Below, one piece after another: positions 13,701 through 28,430 of a stretch of 64,000 bases of DNA (within the stretch, counting starts at the first letter, position 1; every line of letters begins with the position of its first letter). The stretch is from Auanema rhodensis. Its lineage: Eukaryota > Animalia > Nematoda. The position numbers and the translations under genes are program-made. The stretch is from positions 20,212,001 through 20,276,000 of the forward strand of contig OZ059896.1 of the NCBI GenBank assembly GCA_964057225.1, given 5' to 3'. Under the pieces are notes generated by a model. It saw nothing but the letters and a program-made list of their open reading frames with translations. It made no database searches and was not told the DNA's origin.

Positions 13701-16700
13701 GAGTTTCCATGTACACTCAACATTGCTTCCAAAAACATTTTGACAAAAATTTTTTCGAAAAATTTCAAAATAATTTAGCAAAAAGTAGATGTTTTTAGAT
13801 TCCATTTTTCAAGGCAAAGACGATGGACAATGTTATTCAACGAAAAAATTAATTCTTCAGGGTGAAAATCGAGGATATAAGTGTGAACTTATATCAGTTG
13901 ATATCTCGGTGCATTTTTAAGCTAGCGCAAATCTGATAACACAGATCGACGCAGCTTAAAAATCCGCATTGAATGCACTATACTACATTGAGAAACGCTT
14001 AATACAAAAATTAGTTATGATCGTTTGAAAAATGATGCATTAGTGTATGTTGAGTTTCCATGTACACTCAACATTGCTTCCAAAAACATTTTGACAAAAA
14101 TTTTTTCGAAAAATTTCAAAATAATTTAGCAAAAAGTAGATGTTTTTAGATTCCTTTATTCAAGGCAAAGACAATGGACAATGTTATTCAACGAAAAAAT
14201 TAATTCTTTAGGGTGAAAATCGAGGATATAAGTGTGAACTTATATCAGTTGATATCTTGGTGCATTTTTAAGCTAGCGCAAATCTGATAACACAGATCGA
14301 CGCAGCTTAAAAATCCGCATCGAATGCACTATACTACATTGAAAAACGCTTAATACAAAAATTAGTTATGATCGTTCGAAAAATGATGCATTAGTGTATG
14401 TTGAGTTTCCATGTACACTCAACATTGCTTCCAAAAACATTTTGACAAAAATTTTTTCGAAAAATTTCAAAATAATTTAGCAAAAAGTAGATGTTTTTAG
14501 ATTCCATTTTTCAAGGCAAAGACGATGGACAGTGTTATTCAACGAAAAAATTAATTCTTCAGGGTGAAAATCGAGGATATAAGTGTGAACTTATATCAGT
14601 TGATATCTTGGTGCATTTTTAAGCTAGCGCAAATCTGATAACACAGATCGACGCAGCTTAAAAATCCGCATCGAATGCACTATACTACATTGAAAAACGC
14701 TTAATACAAAAATTAGTTATGATCGTTTGAAAAATGATGCATTAGTGTATGTTGAGTTTCCATGTACACTCAACATTGCTTCCAAAAACATTTTGACAAA
14801 AATTTTTTCGAAAAATTTCAAAATAATTTAGCAAAAAGTAGATGTTTTTAGATTCCATTTTTCAAGGCAAAGACGATGGACAATGTTATTCAACGAAAAA
14901 ATTAATTCTTCAGGGTGAAAATCGAGGATATAAGTGTGAACTTATATCAGTTGATATCTCGGTGCATTTTTAAGCTAGCGCAAATCTGATAACACAGATC
15001 GACGCAGCTTAAAAATCCGCATTGAATGCACTATACTACATTGAGAAACGCTTAATACAAAAATTAGTTATGATCGTTTGAAAAATGATGCATTAGTGTA
15101 TGTTGAGTTTCCATGTACACTCAACATTGCTTCCAAAAACATTTTGACAAAAATTTTTTCGAAAAATTTCAAAATAATTTAGCAAAAAGTAGATGTTTTT
15201 AGATTCCTTTATTCAAGGCAAAGACGATGGACAATGTTATTCAACGAAAAAATTAATTCTTTAGGGTGAAAATCGAGGATATAAGTGTGAACTTATATCA
15301 GTTGATATCTTGGTGCATTTTTAAGCTAGCGCAAATCTGATAACACAGATCGACGCAGCTTAAAAATCCGCATCGAATGCACTATACTACATTGAAAAAC
15401 GCTTAATACAAAAATTAGTTATGATCGTTTGAAAAATGATGCATTAGTGTATGTTGAGTTTCCATGTACACTCAACATTGCTTCCAAAAACATTTTGACA
15501 AAAATTTTTTCGAAAAATTTCAAAATAATTTAGCAAAAAGTAGATGTTTTTAGATTCCATTTTTCAAGGCAAAGACGATGGACAGTGTTATTCAACGAAA
15601 AAATTAATTCTTCAGGGTGAAAATCGAGGATATAAGTGTGAACTTATATCAGTTGATATCTTGGTGCATTTTTAAGCTAGCGCAAATCTGATAACACAGA
15701 TCGACGCAGCTTAAAAATCCGCATCGAATGCACTATACTACATTGAAAAACGCTTAATACAAAAATTAGTTATGATCGTTTGAAAAATGATGCATTAGTG
15801 TATGTTGAGTTTCCATGTACACTCAACATTGCTTCCAAAAACATTTTGACAAAAATTTTTTCGAAAAATTTCAAAATAATTTAGCAAAAAGTAGATGTTT
15901 TTAGATTCCATTTTTCAAGGCAAAGACGATGGACAGTGTTATTCAACGAAAAAATTAATTCTTCAGGGTGAAAATCGAGGATATAAGTGTGAACTTATAT
16001 CAGTTGATATCTCGGTGCATTTTTAAGCTAGCGCAAATCTGATAACAAAGATCGACGCAGCTTAAAAATCCGCATCGAATGCACTATACTACATTGAGAA
16101 ACGCTTAATACAAAAATTAGTTATGATCGTTTGAAAAATGATGCATTAGTGTATGTTGAGTTTCCATGTACTCTCAACATTGCTTCCAAAAACATTTTGA
16201 CAAAAATTTTTTCGAAAAATTTCAAAATAATTTAGCAAAAAGTAGATGTTTTTAGATTCCATTTTTCAAGGCAAAGACGATGGACAGTGTTATTCAACGA
16301 AAAAATTAATTCTTCAGGGTGAAAATCGAGGATATAAGTGTGAACTTATATCAGTTGATATCTCGGTGCATTTGTAAGCTAGCGCAAATCTGATAACACA
16401 GATCGAAGCAGCTTAAAAATCCGCATCGAATGCACTATACTACATTGAGAAACGCTTAATACAAAAATTAGTTATGATCGTTTGAAAAATGATGCATTAG
16501 TGTATGTTGAGTTTCCATGTACACTCAACATTGCTTCCAAAAACATTTTGACAAAAATTTTTTCGAAAAATTTCGAAATAATTTAGCAAAAAGTAGATGT
16601 TTTTAAATTCCTTTATTCAAGGCAAAGACGATGGACAATGTTATTCAACGAAAAAATTAATTCTTCAGGGTGAAAATCAAGGATATAAGTGTGAACTTAT

Positions 16701-16848
16701 ATCAGTTGATATCTCGGTGCATTTTTAAGCTAGCGCAAATCTGATAACACAGATCGACGCAGCTTAAAAATCCGCATCGAATGCACTATACTACATTGAA
16801 AAACGCTTAATACAAAAATTAGTTATGATCGTTTGAAAAATGATGCAT
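1756..16848. repeat. Degenerate 6-monomer HOR zone (2106-bp unit, order A-B-C-D-F-G)
   Basis: A complete unit lies at 7372-9477. Type markers: A = TTTGTAAG + GAAGC; B = TTTCGAAA + TAAATTCCTTTA; C = CATTGAATG; D = TTCTTTAGG + CTTGG; F = TTGATTC + CTTGG; G = ACAAAGAT. Partial units are at 1756-4212, 10531-12285 (BCDFG), 12988-14742 (ABCDF) and 14743-16848 (CDFGAB). Confidence 0.8.
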
Positions 16849-19305
16849 TAGTGTATGTTGAGTTTCCATGTACACTCAACATTGCTTCCAAAAACATTTT
16901 GACAAAAATTTTTTCGAAAAATTTCGAAATAATTTAGCAAAAAGTAGATGTTTTTAGATTCCTTTATTCAAGGCAAAGACGATGGACAATGTTATTCAAC
17001 GAAAAAATTAATTCTTTAGGGTGAAAATCGAGGATATAATTGTGAACTTATATCAGTTGATATCTTGGTGCATTTTTAAGCTAGCGCAAATCTGATAACA
17101 CAGATCGACGCAGCTTAAAAATCCGCATCGAATGCACTATACTACATTGAAAAACGCTTAATACAAAAATTAGTTATGATCGTTTGAAAAATGATGCATT
17201 AGTGTATGTTGAGTTTCCATGTACACTCAACATTGCTTCCAAAAACATTTTGACGAAAATTTTTTCGAAAAATTTAAAAATAATTTAGCAAAAAGTAGAT
17301 GTTTTTAGATTCCATTTTTCAAGGCAAAGACGATGGACAGTGTTATTCAACGAAAAAATTAATTCTTCAGGGTGAAAATCGAGGATATAAGTGTGAACTT
17401 ATATCAGTTGATATCTCGGTGCATTTTTAAGCTAGCGCAAATCTGATAACACAGATCGACGCAGCTTAAAAATCCGCATTGAATGCACTATACTACATTG
17501 AGAAACGCTTAATACAAAAATTAGTTATGATCGTTTGAAAAATGATGCATTAGTGTATGTTGAGTTTCCATGTACACTCAACATTGCTTCCAAAAACATT
17601 TTGACAAAAATTTTTTCGAAAAATTTCGAAATAATTTAGCAAAAAGTAGATGTTTTTAGATTCCTTTATTCAAGGCAAAGACGATGGACAATGTTATTCA
17701 ACGAAAAAATTAATTCTTTAGGGTGAAAATCGAGGATATAAGTGTGAACTTATATCAGTTGATATCTTGGTGCATTTTTAAGCTAGCGCAAATCTGATAA
17801 CACAGATCGACGCAGCTTAAAAATCCGCATCGAATGCACTATACTACATTGAGAAACGCTTAATACAAAAATTAGTTATGATCGTTTGAAAAATGATGCA
17901 TTAGTGTATGTTGAGTTTCCATGTACTCTCAACATTGCTTCCAAAAACATTTTGACAAAAATTTTTTCGAAAAATTTCAAAATAATTTAGCAAAAAGTAG
18001 ATGTTTTTAGATTCCATTTTTCAAGGCAAAGACGATGGACAGTGTTATTCAACGAAAAAATTAATTCTTCAGGGTGAAAATCGAGGATATAAGTGTGAAC
18101 TTATATCAGTTGATATCTTGGTGCATTTTTAAGCTAGCGCAAATCTGATAACACAGATCGACGCAGCTTAAAAATCCGCATCGAATGCACTATACTACAT
18201 TGAAAAACGCTTAATACAAAAATTAGTTATGATCGTTTGAAAAATGATGCATTAGTGTATGTTGAGTTTCCATGTACACTCAACATTGCTTCCAAAAACA
18301 TTTTGACGAAAATTTTTTCGAAAAATTTAAAAATAATTTAGCAAAAAGTAGATGTTTTTAGATTCCATTTTTCAAGGCAAAGACGATGGACAGTGTTATT
18401 CAACGAAAAAATTAATTCTTCAGGGTGAAAATCGAGGATATAAGTGTGAACTTATATCAGTTGATATCTCGGTGCATTTTTAAGCTAGCGCAAATCTGAT
18501 AACAAAGATCGACGCAGCTTAAAAATCCGCATCGAATGCACTATACTACATTGAGAAACGCTTAATACAAAAATTAGTTATGATCGTTTGAAAAATGATG
18601 CATTAGTGTATGTTGAGTTTCCATGTACTCTCAACATTGCTTCCAAAAACATTTTGACAAAAATTTTTTCGAAAAATTTCAAAATAATTTAGCAAAAAGT
18701 AGATGTTTTTAGATTCCATTTTTCAAGGCAAAGACGATGGACAGTGTTATTCAACGAAAAAATTAATTCTTCAGGGTGAAAATCGAGGATATAAGTGTGA
18801 ACTTATATCAGTTGATATCTCGGTGCATTTGTAAGCTAGCGCAAATCTGATAACACAGATCGAAGCAGCTTAAAAATCCGCATCGAATGCACTATACTAC
18901 ATTGAGAAACGCTTAATACAAAAATTAGTTATGATCGTTTGAAAAATGATGCATTAGTGTATGTTGAGTTTCCATGTACACTCAACATTGCTTCCAAAAA
19001 CATTTTGACAAAAATTTTTTCGAAAAATTTCGAAATAATTTAGCAAAAAGTAGATGTTTTTAAATTCCTTTATTCAAGGCAAAGACGATGGACAATGTTA
19101 TTCAACGAAAAAATTAATTCTTCAGGGTGAAAATCAAGGATATAAGTGTGAACTTATATCAGTTGATATCTCGGTGCATTTTTAAGCTAGCGCAAATCTG
19201 ATAACACAGATCGACGCAGCTTAAAAATCCGCATCGAATGCACTATACTACATTGAAAAACGCTTAATACAAAAATTAGTTATGATCGTTTGAAAAATGA
19301 TGCAT

Positions 19306-22300
19306 TAGTGTATGTTGAGTTTCCATGTACACTCAACATTGCTTCCAAAAACATTTTGACAAAAATTTTTTCGAAAAATTTCGAAATAATTTAGCAAAAA
19401 GTAGATGTTTTTAGATTCCTTTATTCAAGGCAAAGACGATGGACAATGTTATTCAACGAAAAAATTAATTCTTTAGGGTGAAAATCGAGGATATAATTGT
19501 GAACTTATATCAGTTGATATCTTGGTGCATTTTTAAGCTAGCGCAAATCTGATAACACAGATCGACGCAGCTTAAAAATCCGCATCGAATGCACTATACT
19601 ACATTGAAAAACGCTTAATACAAAAATTAGTTATGATCGTTTGAAAAATGATGCATTAGTGTATGTTGAGTTTCCATGTACACTCAACATTGCTTCCAAA
19701 AACATTTTGACGAAAATTTTTTCGAAAAATTTAAAAATAATTTAGCAAAAAGTAGATGTTTTTAGATTCCATTTTTCAAGGCAAAGACGATGGACAGTGT
19801 TATTCAACGAAAAAATTAATTCTTCAGGGTGAAAATCGAGGATATAAGTGTGAACTTATATCAGTTGATATCTCGGTGCATTTTTAAGCTAGCGCAAATC
19901 TGATAACACAGATCGACGCAGCTTAAAAATCCGCATTGAATGCACTATACTACATTGAGAAACGCTTAATACAAAAATTAGTTATGATCGTTTGAAAAAT
20001 GATGCATTAGTGTATGTTGAGTTTCCATGTACACTCAACATTGCTTCCAAAAACATTTTGACAAAAATTTTTTCGAAAAATTTCGAAATAATTTAGCAAA
20101 AAGTAGATGTTTTTAGATTCCTTTATTCAAGGCAAAGACGATGGACAATGTTATTCAACGAAAAAATTAATTCTTTAGGGTGAAAATCGAGGATATAAGT
20201 GTGAACTTATATCAGTTGATATCTTGGTGCATTTTTAAGCTAGCGCAAATCTGATAACACAGATCGACGCAGCTTAAAAATCCGCATCGAATGCACTATA
20301 CTACATTGAAAAACGCTTAATACAAAAATTAGTTATGATCGTTTGAAAAATGATGCATTAGTGTATGTTGAGTTTCCATGTACACTCAACATTGCTTCCA
20401 AAAACATTTTGACGAAAATTTTTTCGAAAAATTTCAAAATAATTTAGCAAAAAGTAGATGTTTTTAGATTCCATTTTTCAAGGCAAAGACGATGGACAGT
20501 GTTATTCAACGAAAAAATTAATTCTTCAGGGTGAAAATCGAGGATATAAGTGTGAACTTATATCAGTTGATATCTCGGTGCATTTTTAAGCTAGCGCAAA
20601 TCTGATAACACAGATCGACGCAGCTTAAAAATCCGCATTGAATGCACTATACTACATTGAGAAACGCTTAATACAAAAATTAGTTATGATCGTTTGAAAA
20701 ATGATGCATTAGTGTATGTTGAGTTTCCATGTACACTCAACATTGCTTCCAAAAACATTTTGACAAAAATTTTTTCGAAAAATTTCGAAATAATTTAGCA
20801 AAAAGTAGATGTTTTTAGATTCCTTTATTCAAGGCAAAGACGATGGACAATGTTATTCAACGAAAAAATTAATTCTTTAGGGTGAAAATCGAGGATATAA
20901 GTGTGAACTTATATCAGTTGATATCTTGGTGCATTTTTAAGCTAGCGCAAATCTGATAACACAGATCGACGCAGCTTAAAAATCCGCATCGAATGCACTA
21001 TACTACATTGAAAAACGCTTAATACAAAAATTAGTTATGATCGTTTGAAAAATGATGCATTAGTGTATGTTGAGTTTCCATGTACACTCAACATTGCTTC
21101 CAAAAACATTTTGACAAAAATTTTTTCGAAAAATTTCAAAATAATTTAGCAAAAAGTAGATGTTTTTAGATTCCATTTTTCAAGGCAAAGACGATGGACA
21201 GTGTTATTCAACGAAAAAATTAATTCTTCAGGGTGAAAATCGAGGATATAAGTGTGAACTTATATCAGTTGATATCTCGGTGCATTTTTAAGCTAGCGCA
21301 AATCTGATAACAAAGATCGACGCAGCTTAAAAATCCGCATCGAATGCACTATACTACATTGAGAAACGCTTAATACAAAAATTAGTTATGATCGTTTGAA
21401 AAATGATGCATTAGTGTATGTTGAGTTTCCATGTACACTCAACATTGCTTCCAAAAACATTTTGACAAAAATTTTTTCGAAAAATTTCAAAATAATTTAG
21501 CAAAAAGTAGATGTTTTTAGATTTCATTTTTCAAGGCAAAGACAATGGACAGTGTTATTCAACGAAAAAATTAATTCTTCAGGGTGAAAATCGAGGATAT
21601 AAGTGTGAACTTATATCAGTTGATATCTCGGTGCATTTGTAAGCTAGCGCAAATCTGATAACACAGATCGAAGCAGCTTAAAAATCCGCATCGAATGCAC
21701 TATACTACATTGAGAAACGCTTAATACAAAAATTAGTTATGATCGTTTGAAAAATGATGCATTAGTGTATGTTGAGTTTCCATGTACACTCAACATTGCT
21801 TCCAAAAACATTTTGACAAAAATTTTTTCGAAAAATTTCGAAATAATTTAGCAAAAAGTAGATGTTTTTAAATTCCTTTATTCAAGGCAAAGACGATGGA
21901 CAATGTTATTCAACGAAAAAATAATTCTTCAGGGTGAAAATCGAGGATATAAGTGTGAACTTATATCAGTTGATATCTCGGTGCATTTTTAAGCTAGCGC
22001 AAATCTGATAACACAGATCGACGCAGCTTAAAAATCCGCATCGAATGCACTATACTACATTGAAAAACGCTTAATACAAAAATTAGTTATGATCGTTTGA
22101 AAAATGATGCATTAGTGTATGTTGAGTTTCCATGTACACTCAACATTGCTTCCAAAAACATTTTGACAAAAATTTTTTCGAAAAATTTCAAAATAATTTA
22201 GCAAAAAGTAGATGTTTTTAGATTCCATTTTTCAAGGCAAAGACGATGGACAGTGTTATTCAACGAAAAAATTAATTCTTCAGGGTGAAAATCGAGGATA

Positions 22301-25300
22301 TAAGTGTGAACTTATATCAGTTGATATCTCGGTGCATTTTTAAGCTAGCGCAAATCTGATAACACAGATCGACGCAGCTTAAAAATCCGCATTGAATGCA
22401 CTATACTACATTGAGAAACGCTTAATACAAAAATTAGTTATGATCGTTTGAAAAATGATGCATTAGTGTATGTTGAGTTTCCATGTACACTCAACATTGC
22501 TTCCAAAAACATTTTGACAAAAATTTTTTCGAAAAATTTCGAAATAATTTAGCAAAAAGTAGATGTTTTTAGATTCCTTTATTCAAGGCAAAGACGATGG
22601 ACAATGTTATTCAACGAAAAAATTAATTCTTTAGGGTGAAAATCGAGGATATAATTGTGAACTTATATCAGTTGATATCTTGGTGCATTTTTAAGCTAGC
22701 GCAAATCTGATAACACAGATCGACGCAGCTTAAAAATCCGCATCGAATGCACTATACTACATTGAAAAACGCTTAATACAAAAATTAGTTATGATCGTTT
22801 GAAAAATGATGCATTAGTGTATGTTGAGTTTCCATGTACACTCAACATTGCTTCCAAAAACATTTTGACGAAAATTTTTTCGAAAAATTTCAAAATAATT
22901 TAGCAAAAAGTAGATGTTTTTAGATTCCATTTTTCAAGGCAAAGACGATGGACAGTGTTATTCAACGAAAAAATTAATTCTTCAGGGTGAAAATCGAGGA
23001 TATAAGTGTGAACTTATATCAGTTGATATCTCGGTGCATTTTTAAGCTAGCGCAAATCTGATAACACAGATCGACGCAGCTTAAAAATCCGCATTGAATG
23101 CACTATACTACATTGAGAAACGCTTAATACAAAAATTAGTTATGATCGTTTGAAAAATGATGCATTAGTGTATGTTGAGTTTCCATGTACACTCAACATT
23201 GCTTCCAAAAACATTTTGACAAAAATTTTTTCGAAAAATTTCGAAATAATTTAGCAAAAAGTAGATGTTTTTAGATTCCTTTATTCAAGGCAAAGACGAT
23301 GGACAATGTTATTCAACGAAAAAATTAATTCTTTAGGGTGAAAATCGAGGATATAAGTGTGAACTTATATCAGTTGATATCTTGGTGCATTTTTAAGCTA
23401 GCGCAAATCTGATAACACAGATCGACGCAGCTTAAAAATCCGCATCGAATGCACTATACTACATTGAAAAACGCTTAATACAAAAATTAGTTATGATCGT
23501 TTGAAAAATGATGCATTAGTGTATGTTGAGTTTCCATGTACACTCAACATTGCTTCCAAAAACATTTTGACGAAAATTTTTTCGAAAAATTTCAAAATAA
23601 TTTAGCAAAAAGTAGATGTTTTTAGATTCCATTTTTCAAGGCAAAGACGATGGACAGTGTTATTCAACGAAAAAATTAATTCTTCAGGGTGAAAATCGAG
23701 GATATAAGTGTGAACTTATATCAGTTGATATCTCGGTGCATTTTTAAGCTAGCGCAAATCTGATAACACAGATCGACGCAGCTTAAAAATCCGCATTGAA
23801 TGCACTATACTACATTGAGAAACGCTTAATACAAAAATTAGTTATGATCGTTTGAAAAATGATGCATTAGTGTATGTTGAGTTTCCATGTACACTCAACA
23901 TTGCTTCCAAAAACATTTTGACAAAAATTTTTTCGAAAAATTTCGAAATAATTTAGCAAAAAGTAGATGTTTTTAGATTCCTTTATTCAAGGCAAAGACG
24001 ATGGACAATGTTATTCAACGAAAAAATTAATTCTTTAGGGTGAAAATCGAGGATATAAGTGTGAACTTATATCAGTTGATATCTTGGTGCATTTTTAAGC
24101 TAGCGCAAATCTGATAACACAGATCGACGCAGCTTAAAAATCCGCATCGAATGCACTATACTACATTGAAAAACGCTTAATACAAAAATTAGTTATGATT
24201 GTTTGAAAAATGATGCATTAGTGTATGTTGAGTTTCCATGTACACTCAACATTGCTTCCAAAAACATTTTGACAAAAATTTTTTCGAAAAATTTCAAAAT
24301 AATTTAGCAAAAAGTAGATGTTTTTAGATTCCATTTTTCAAGGCAAAGACGATGGACAGTGTTATTCAACGAAAAAATTAATTCTTCAGGGTGAAAATCG
24401 AGGATATAAGTGTGAACTTATATCAGTTGATATCTCGGTGCATTTTTAAGCTAGCGCAAATCTGATAACACAGATCGACGCAGCTTAAAAATCCGCATTG
24501 AATGCACTATACTACATTGAGAAACGCTTAATACAAAAATTAGTTATGATCGTTTGAAAAATGATGCATTAGTGTATGTTGAGTTTCCATGTACACTCAA
24601 CATTGCTTCCAAAAACATTTTGACAAAAATTTTTTCGAAAAATTTCGAAATAATTTAGCAAAAAGTAGATGTTTTTAGATTCCTTTATTCAAGGCAAAGA
24701 CGATGGACAATGTTATTCAACGAAAAAATTAATTCTTTAGGGTGAAAATCGAGGATATAAGTGTGAACTTATATCAGTTGATATCTTGGTGCATTTTTAA
24801 GCTAGCGCAAATCTGATAACACAGATCGACGCAGCTTAAAAATCCGCATCGAATGCACTATACTACATTGAAAAACGCTTAATACAAAAATTAGTTATGA
24901 TTGTTTGAAAAATGATGCATTAGTGTATGTTGAGTTTCCATGTACACTCAACATTGCTTCCAAAAACATTTTGACAAAAATTTTTTCGAAAAATTTCAAA
25001 ATAATTTAGCAAAAAGTAGATGTTTTTAGATTCCATTTTTCAAGGCAAAGACGATGGACAGTGTTATTCAACGAAAAAATTAATTCTTCAGGGTGAAAAT
25101 CGAGGATATAAGTGTGAACTTATATCAGTTGATATCTCGGTGCATTTTTAAGCTAGCGCAAATCTGATAACACAGATCGACGCAGCTTAAAAATCCGCAT
25201 CGAATGCACTATACTACATTGAAAAACGCTTAATACAAAAATTAGTTATGATCGTTTGAAAAATGATGCATTAGTGTATGTTGAGTTTCCATGTACACTC

Positions 25301-28300
25301 AACATTGCTTCCAAAAACATTTTGACGAAAATTTTTTCGAAAAATTTCAAAATAATTTAGCAAAAAGTAGATGTTTTTAGATTCCATTTTTCAAGGCAAA
25401 GACGATGGACAGTGTTATTCAACGAAAAAATTAATTCTTCAGGGTGAAAATCGAGGATATAAGTGTGAACTTATATCAGTTGATATCTCGGTGCATTTTT
25501 AAGCTAGCGCAAATCTGATAACACAGATCGACGCAGCTTAAAAATCCGCATTGAATGCACTATACTACATTGAGAAACGCTTAATACAAAAATTAGTTAT
25601 GATCGTTTGAAAAATGATGCATTAGTGTATGTTGAGTTTCCATGTACACTCAACATTGCTTCCAAAAACATTTTGACAAAAATTTTTTCGAAAAATTTCG
25701 AAATAATTTAGCAAAAAGTAGATGTTTTTAGATTCCTTTATTCAAGGCAAAGACGATGGACAATGTTATTCAACGAAAAAATTAATTCTTTAGGGTGAAA
25801 ATCGAGGATATAAGTGTGAACTTATATCAGTTGATATCTTGGTGCATTTTTAAGCTAGCGCAAATCTGATAACACAGATCGACGCAGCTTAAAAATCCGC
25901 ATCGAATGCACTATACTACATTGAAAAACGCTTAATACAAAAATTAGTTATGATTGTTTGAAAAATGATGCATTAGTGTATGTTGAGTTTCCATGTACAC
26001 TCAACATTGCTTCCAAAAACATTTTGACAAAAATTTTTTCGAAAAATTTCAAAATAATTTAGCAAAAAGTAGATGTTTTTAGATTCCATTTTTCAAGGCA
26101 AAGACGATGGACAGTGTTATTCAACGAAAAAATTAATTCTTCAGGGTGAAAATCGAGGATATAAGTGTGAACTTATATCAGTTGATATCTCGGTGCATTT
26201 TTAAGCTAGCGCAAATCTGATAACACAGATCGACGCAGCTTAAAAATCCGCATCGAATGCACTATACTACATTGAAAAACGCTTAATACAAAAATTAGTT
26301 ATGATCGTTTGAAAAATGATGCATTAGTGTATGTTGAGTTTCCATGTACACTCAACATTGCTTCCAAAAACATTTTGACAAAAATTTTTTCGAAAAATTT
26401 CGAAATAATTTAGCAAAAAGTAGATGTTTTTAGATTCCTTTATTCAAGGCAAAGACGATGGACAATGTTATGCAACGAAAAAATTAATTCTTTAGGGTGA
26501 AAATCGAGGATATAAGTGTGAACTTATATCAGTTGATATCTTGGTGCATTTTTAAGCTAGCGCAAATCTGATAACACAGATCGACGCAGCTTAAAAATCC
26601 GCATCGAATGCACTATACTACATTGAAAAACGCTTAATACAAAAATTAGTTATGATCGTTTGAAAAATGATGCATTAGTGTATGTTGAGTTTCCATGTAC
26701 ACTCAACATTGCTTCCAAAAACATTTTGACAAAAATTTTTTCGAAAAATTTCAAAATAATTTAGCAAAAAGTAGATGTTTTTAGATTCCTTTATTCAAGG
26801 CAAAGACGATGGACAATGTTATTCAACGAAAAAATTAATTCTTTAGGGTGAAAATCGAGGATATAAGTGTGAACTTATATCAGTTGATATCTTGGTGCAT
26901 TTTTAAGCTAGCGCAAATCTGATAACACAGATCGACGCAGCTTAAAAATCCGCATCGAATGCACTATACTACATTGAAAAACGCTTAATACAAAAATTAG
27001 TTATGATCGTTTGAAAAATGATGCATTAGTGTATGTTGAGTTTCCATGTACACTCAACATTGCTTCCAAAAACATTTTGACAAAAATTTTTTCGAAAAAT
27101 TTCAAAATAATTTAGCAAAAAGTAGATGTTTTTAGATTCCATTTTTCAAGGCAAAGACGATGGACAGTGTTATTCAACGAAAAAATTAATTCTTCAGGGT
27201 GAAAATCGAGGATATAAGTGTGAACTTATATCAGTTGATATCTCGGTGCATTTTTAAGCTAGCGCAAATCTGATAACACAGATCGACGCAGCTTAAAAAT
27301 CCGCATTGAATGCACTATACTACATTGAGAAACGCTTAATACAAAAATTAGTTATGATCGTTTGAAAAATGATGCATTAGTGTATGTTGAGTTTCCATGT
27401 ACACTCAACATTGCTTCCAAAAACATTTTGACAAAAATTTTTTCGAAAAATTTCGAAATAATTTAGCAAAAAGTAGATGTTTTTAGATTCCTTTATTCAA
27501 GGCAAAGACGATGGACAATGTTATTCAACGAAAAAATTAATTCTTTAGGGTGAAAATCGAGGATATAAGTGTGAACTTATATCAGTTGATATCTTGGTGC
27601 ATTTTTAAGCTAGCGCAAATCTGATAACACAGATCGACGCAGCTTAAAAATCCGCATCGAATGCACTATACTACATTGAAAAACGCTTAATACAAAAATT
27701 AGTTATGATCGTTTGAAAAATGATGCATTAGTGTATGTTGAGTTTCCATGTACACTCAACATTGCTTCCAAAAACATTTTGACGAAAATTTTTTCGAAAA
27801 ATTTCAAAATAATTTAGCAAAAAGTAGATGTTTTTAGATTCCATTTTTCAAGGCAAAGACGATGGACAGTGTTATTCAACGAAAAAATTAATTCTTCAGG
27901 GTGAAAATCGAGGATATAAGTGTGAACTTATATCAGTTGATATCTCGGTGCATTTTTAAGCTAGCGCAAATCTGATAACACAGATCGACGCAGCTTAAAA
28001 ATCCGCATTGAATGCACTATACTACATTGAGAAACGCTTAATACAAAAATTAGTTATGATCGTTTGAAAAATGATGCATTAGTGTATGTTGAGTTTCCAT
28101 GTACACTCAACATTGCTTCCAAAAACATTTTGACAAAAATTTTTTCGAAAAATTTCGAAATAATTTAGCAAAAAGTAGATGTTTTTAGATTCCTTTATTC
28201 AAGGCAAAGACGATGGACAATGTTATTCAACGAAAAAATTAATTCTTTAGGGTGAAAATCGAGGATATAAGTGTGAACTTATATCAGTTGATATCTTGGT

Positions 28301-28430
28301 GCATTTTTAAGCTAGCGCAAATCTGATAACACATATCGACGCAGCTTAAAAATCCGCATCGAATGCACTATACTACATTGAAAAACGCTTAATACAAAAA
28401 TTAGTTATGATCGTTTGAAAAATGATGCAT
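19306..28430. repeat. Predominantly dimeric HOR zone (702 bp, alternating C'- and D-type monomers)
   Basis: CCATTTTT/GACAGTG/CATTG monomers alternate with TTTCGAAA/CCTTTATT/TTTAGG/CTTGG monomers, for example at 22113-24920. The run is interrupted by G-A-B at 21061-22112 and by a few hybrid monomers. Confidence 0.85.
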
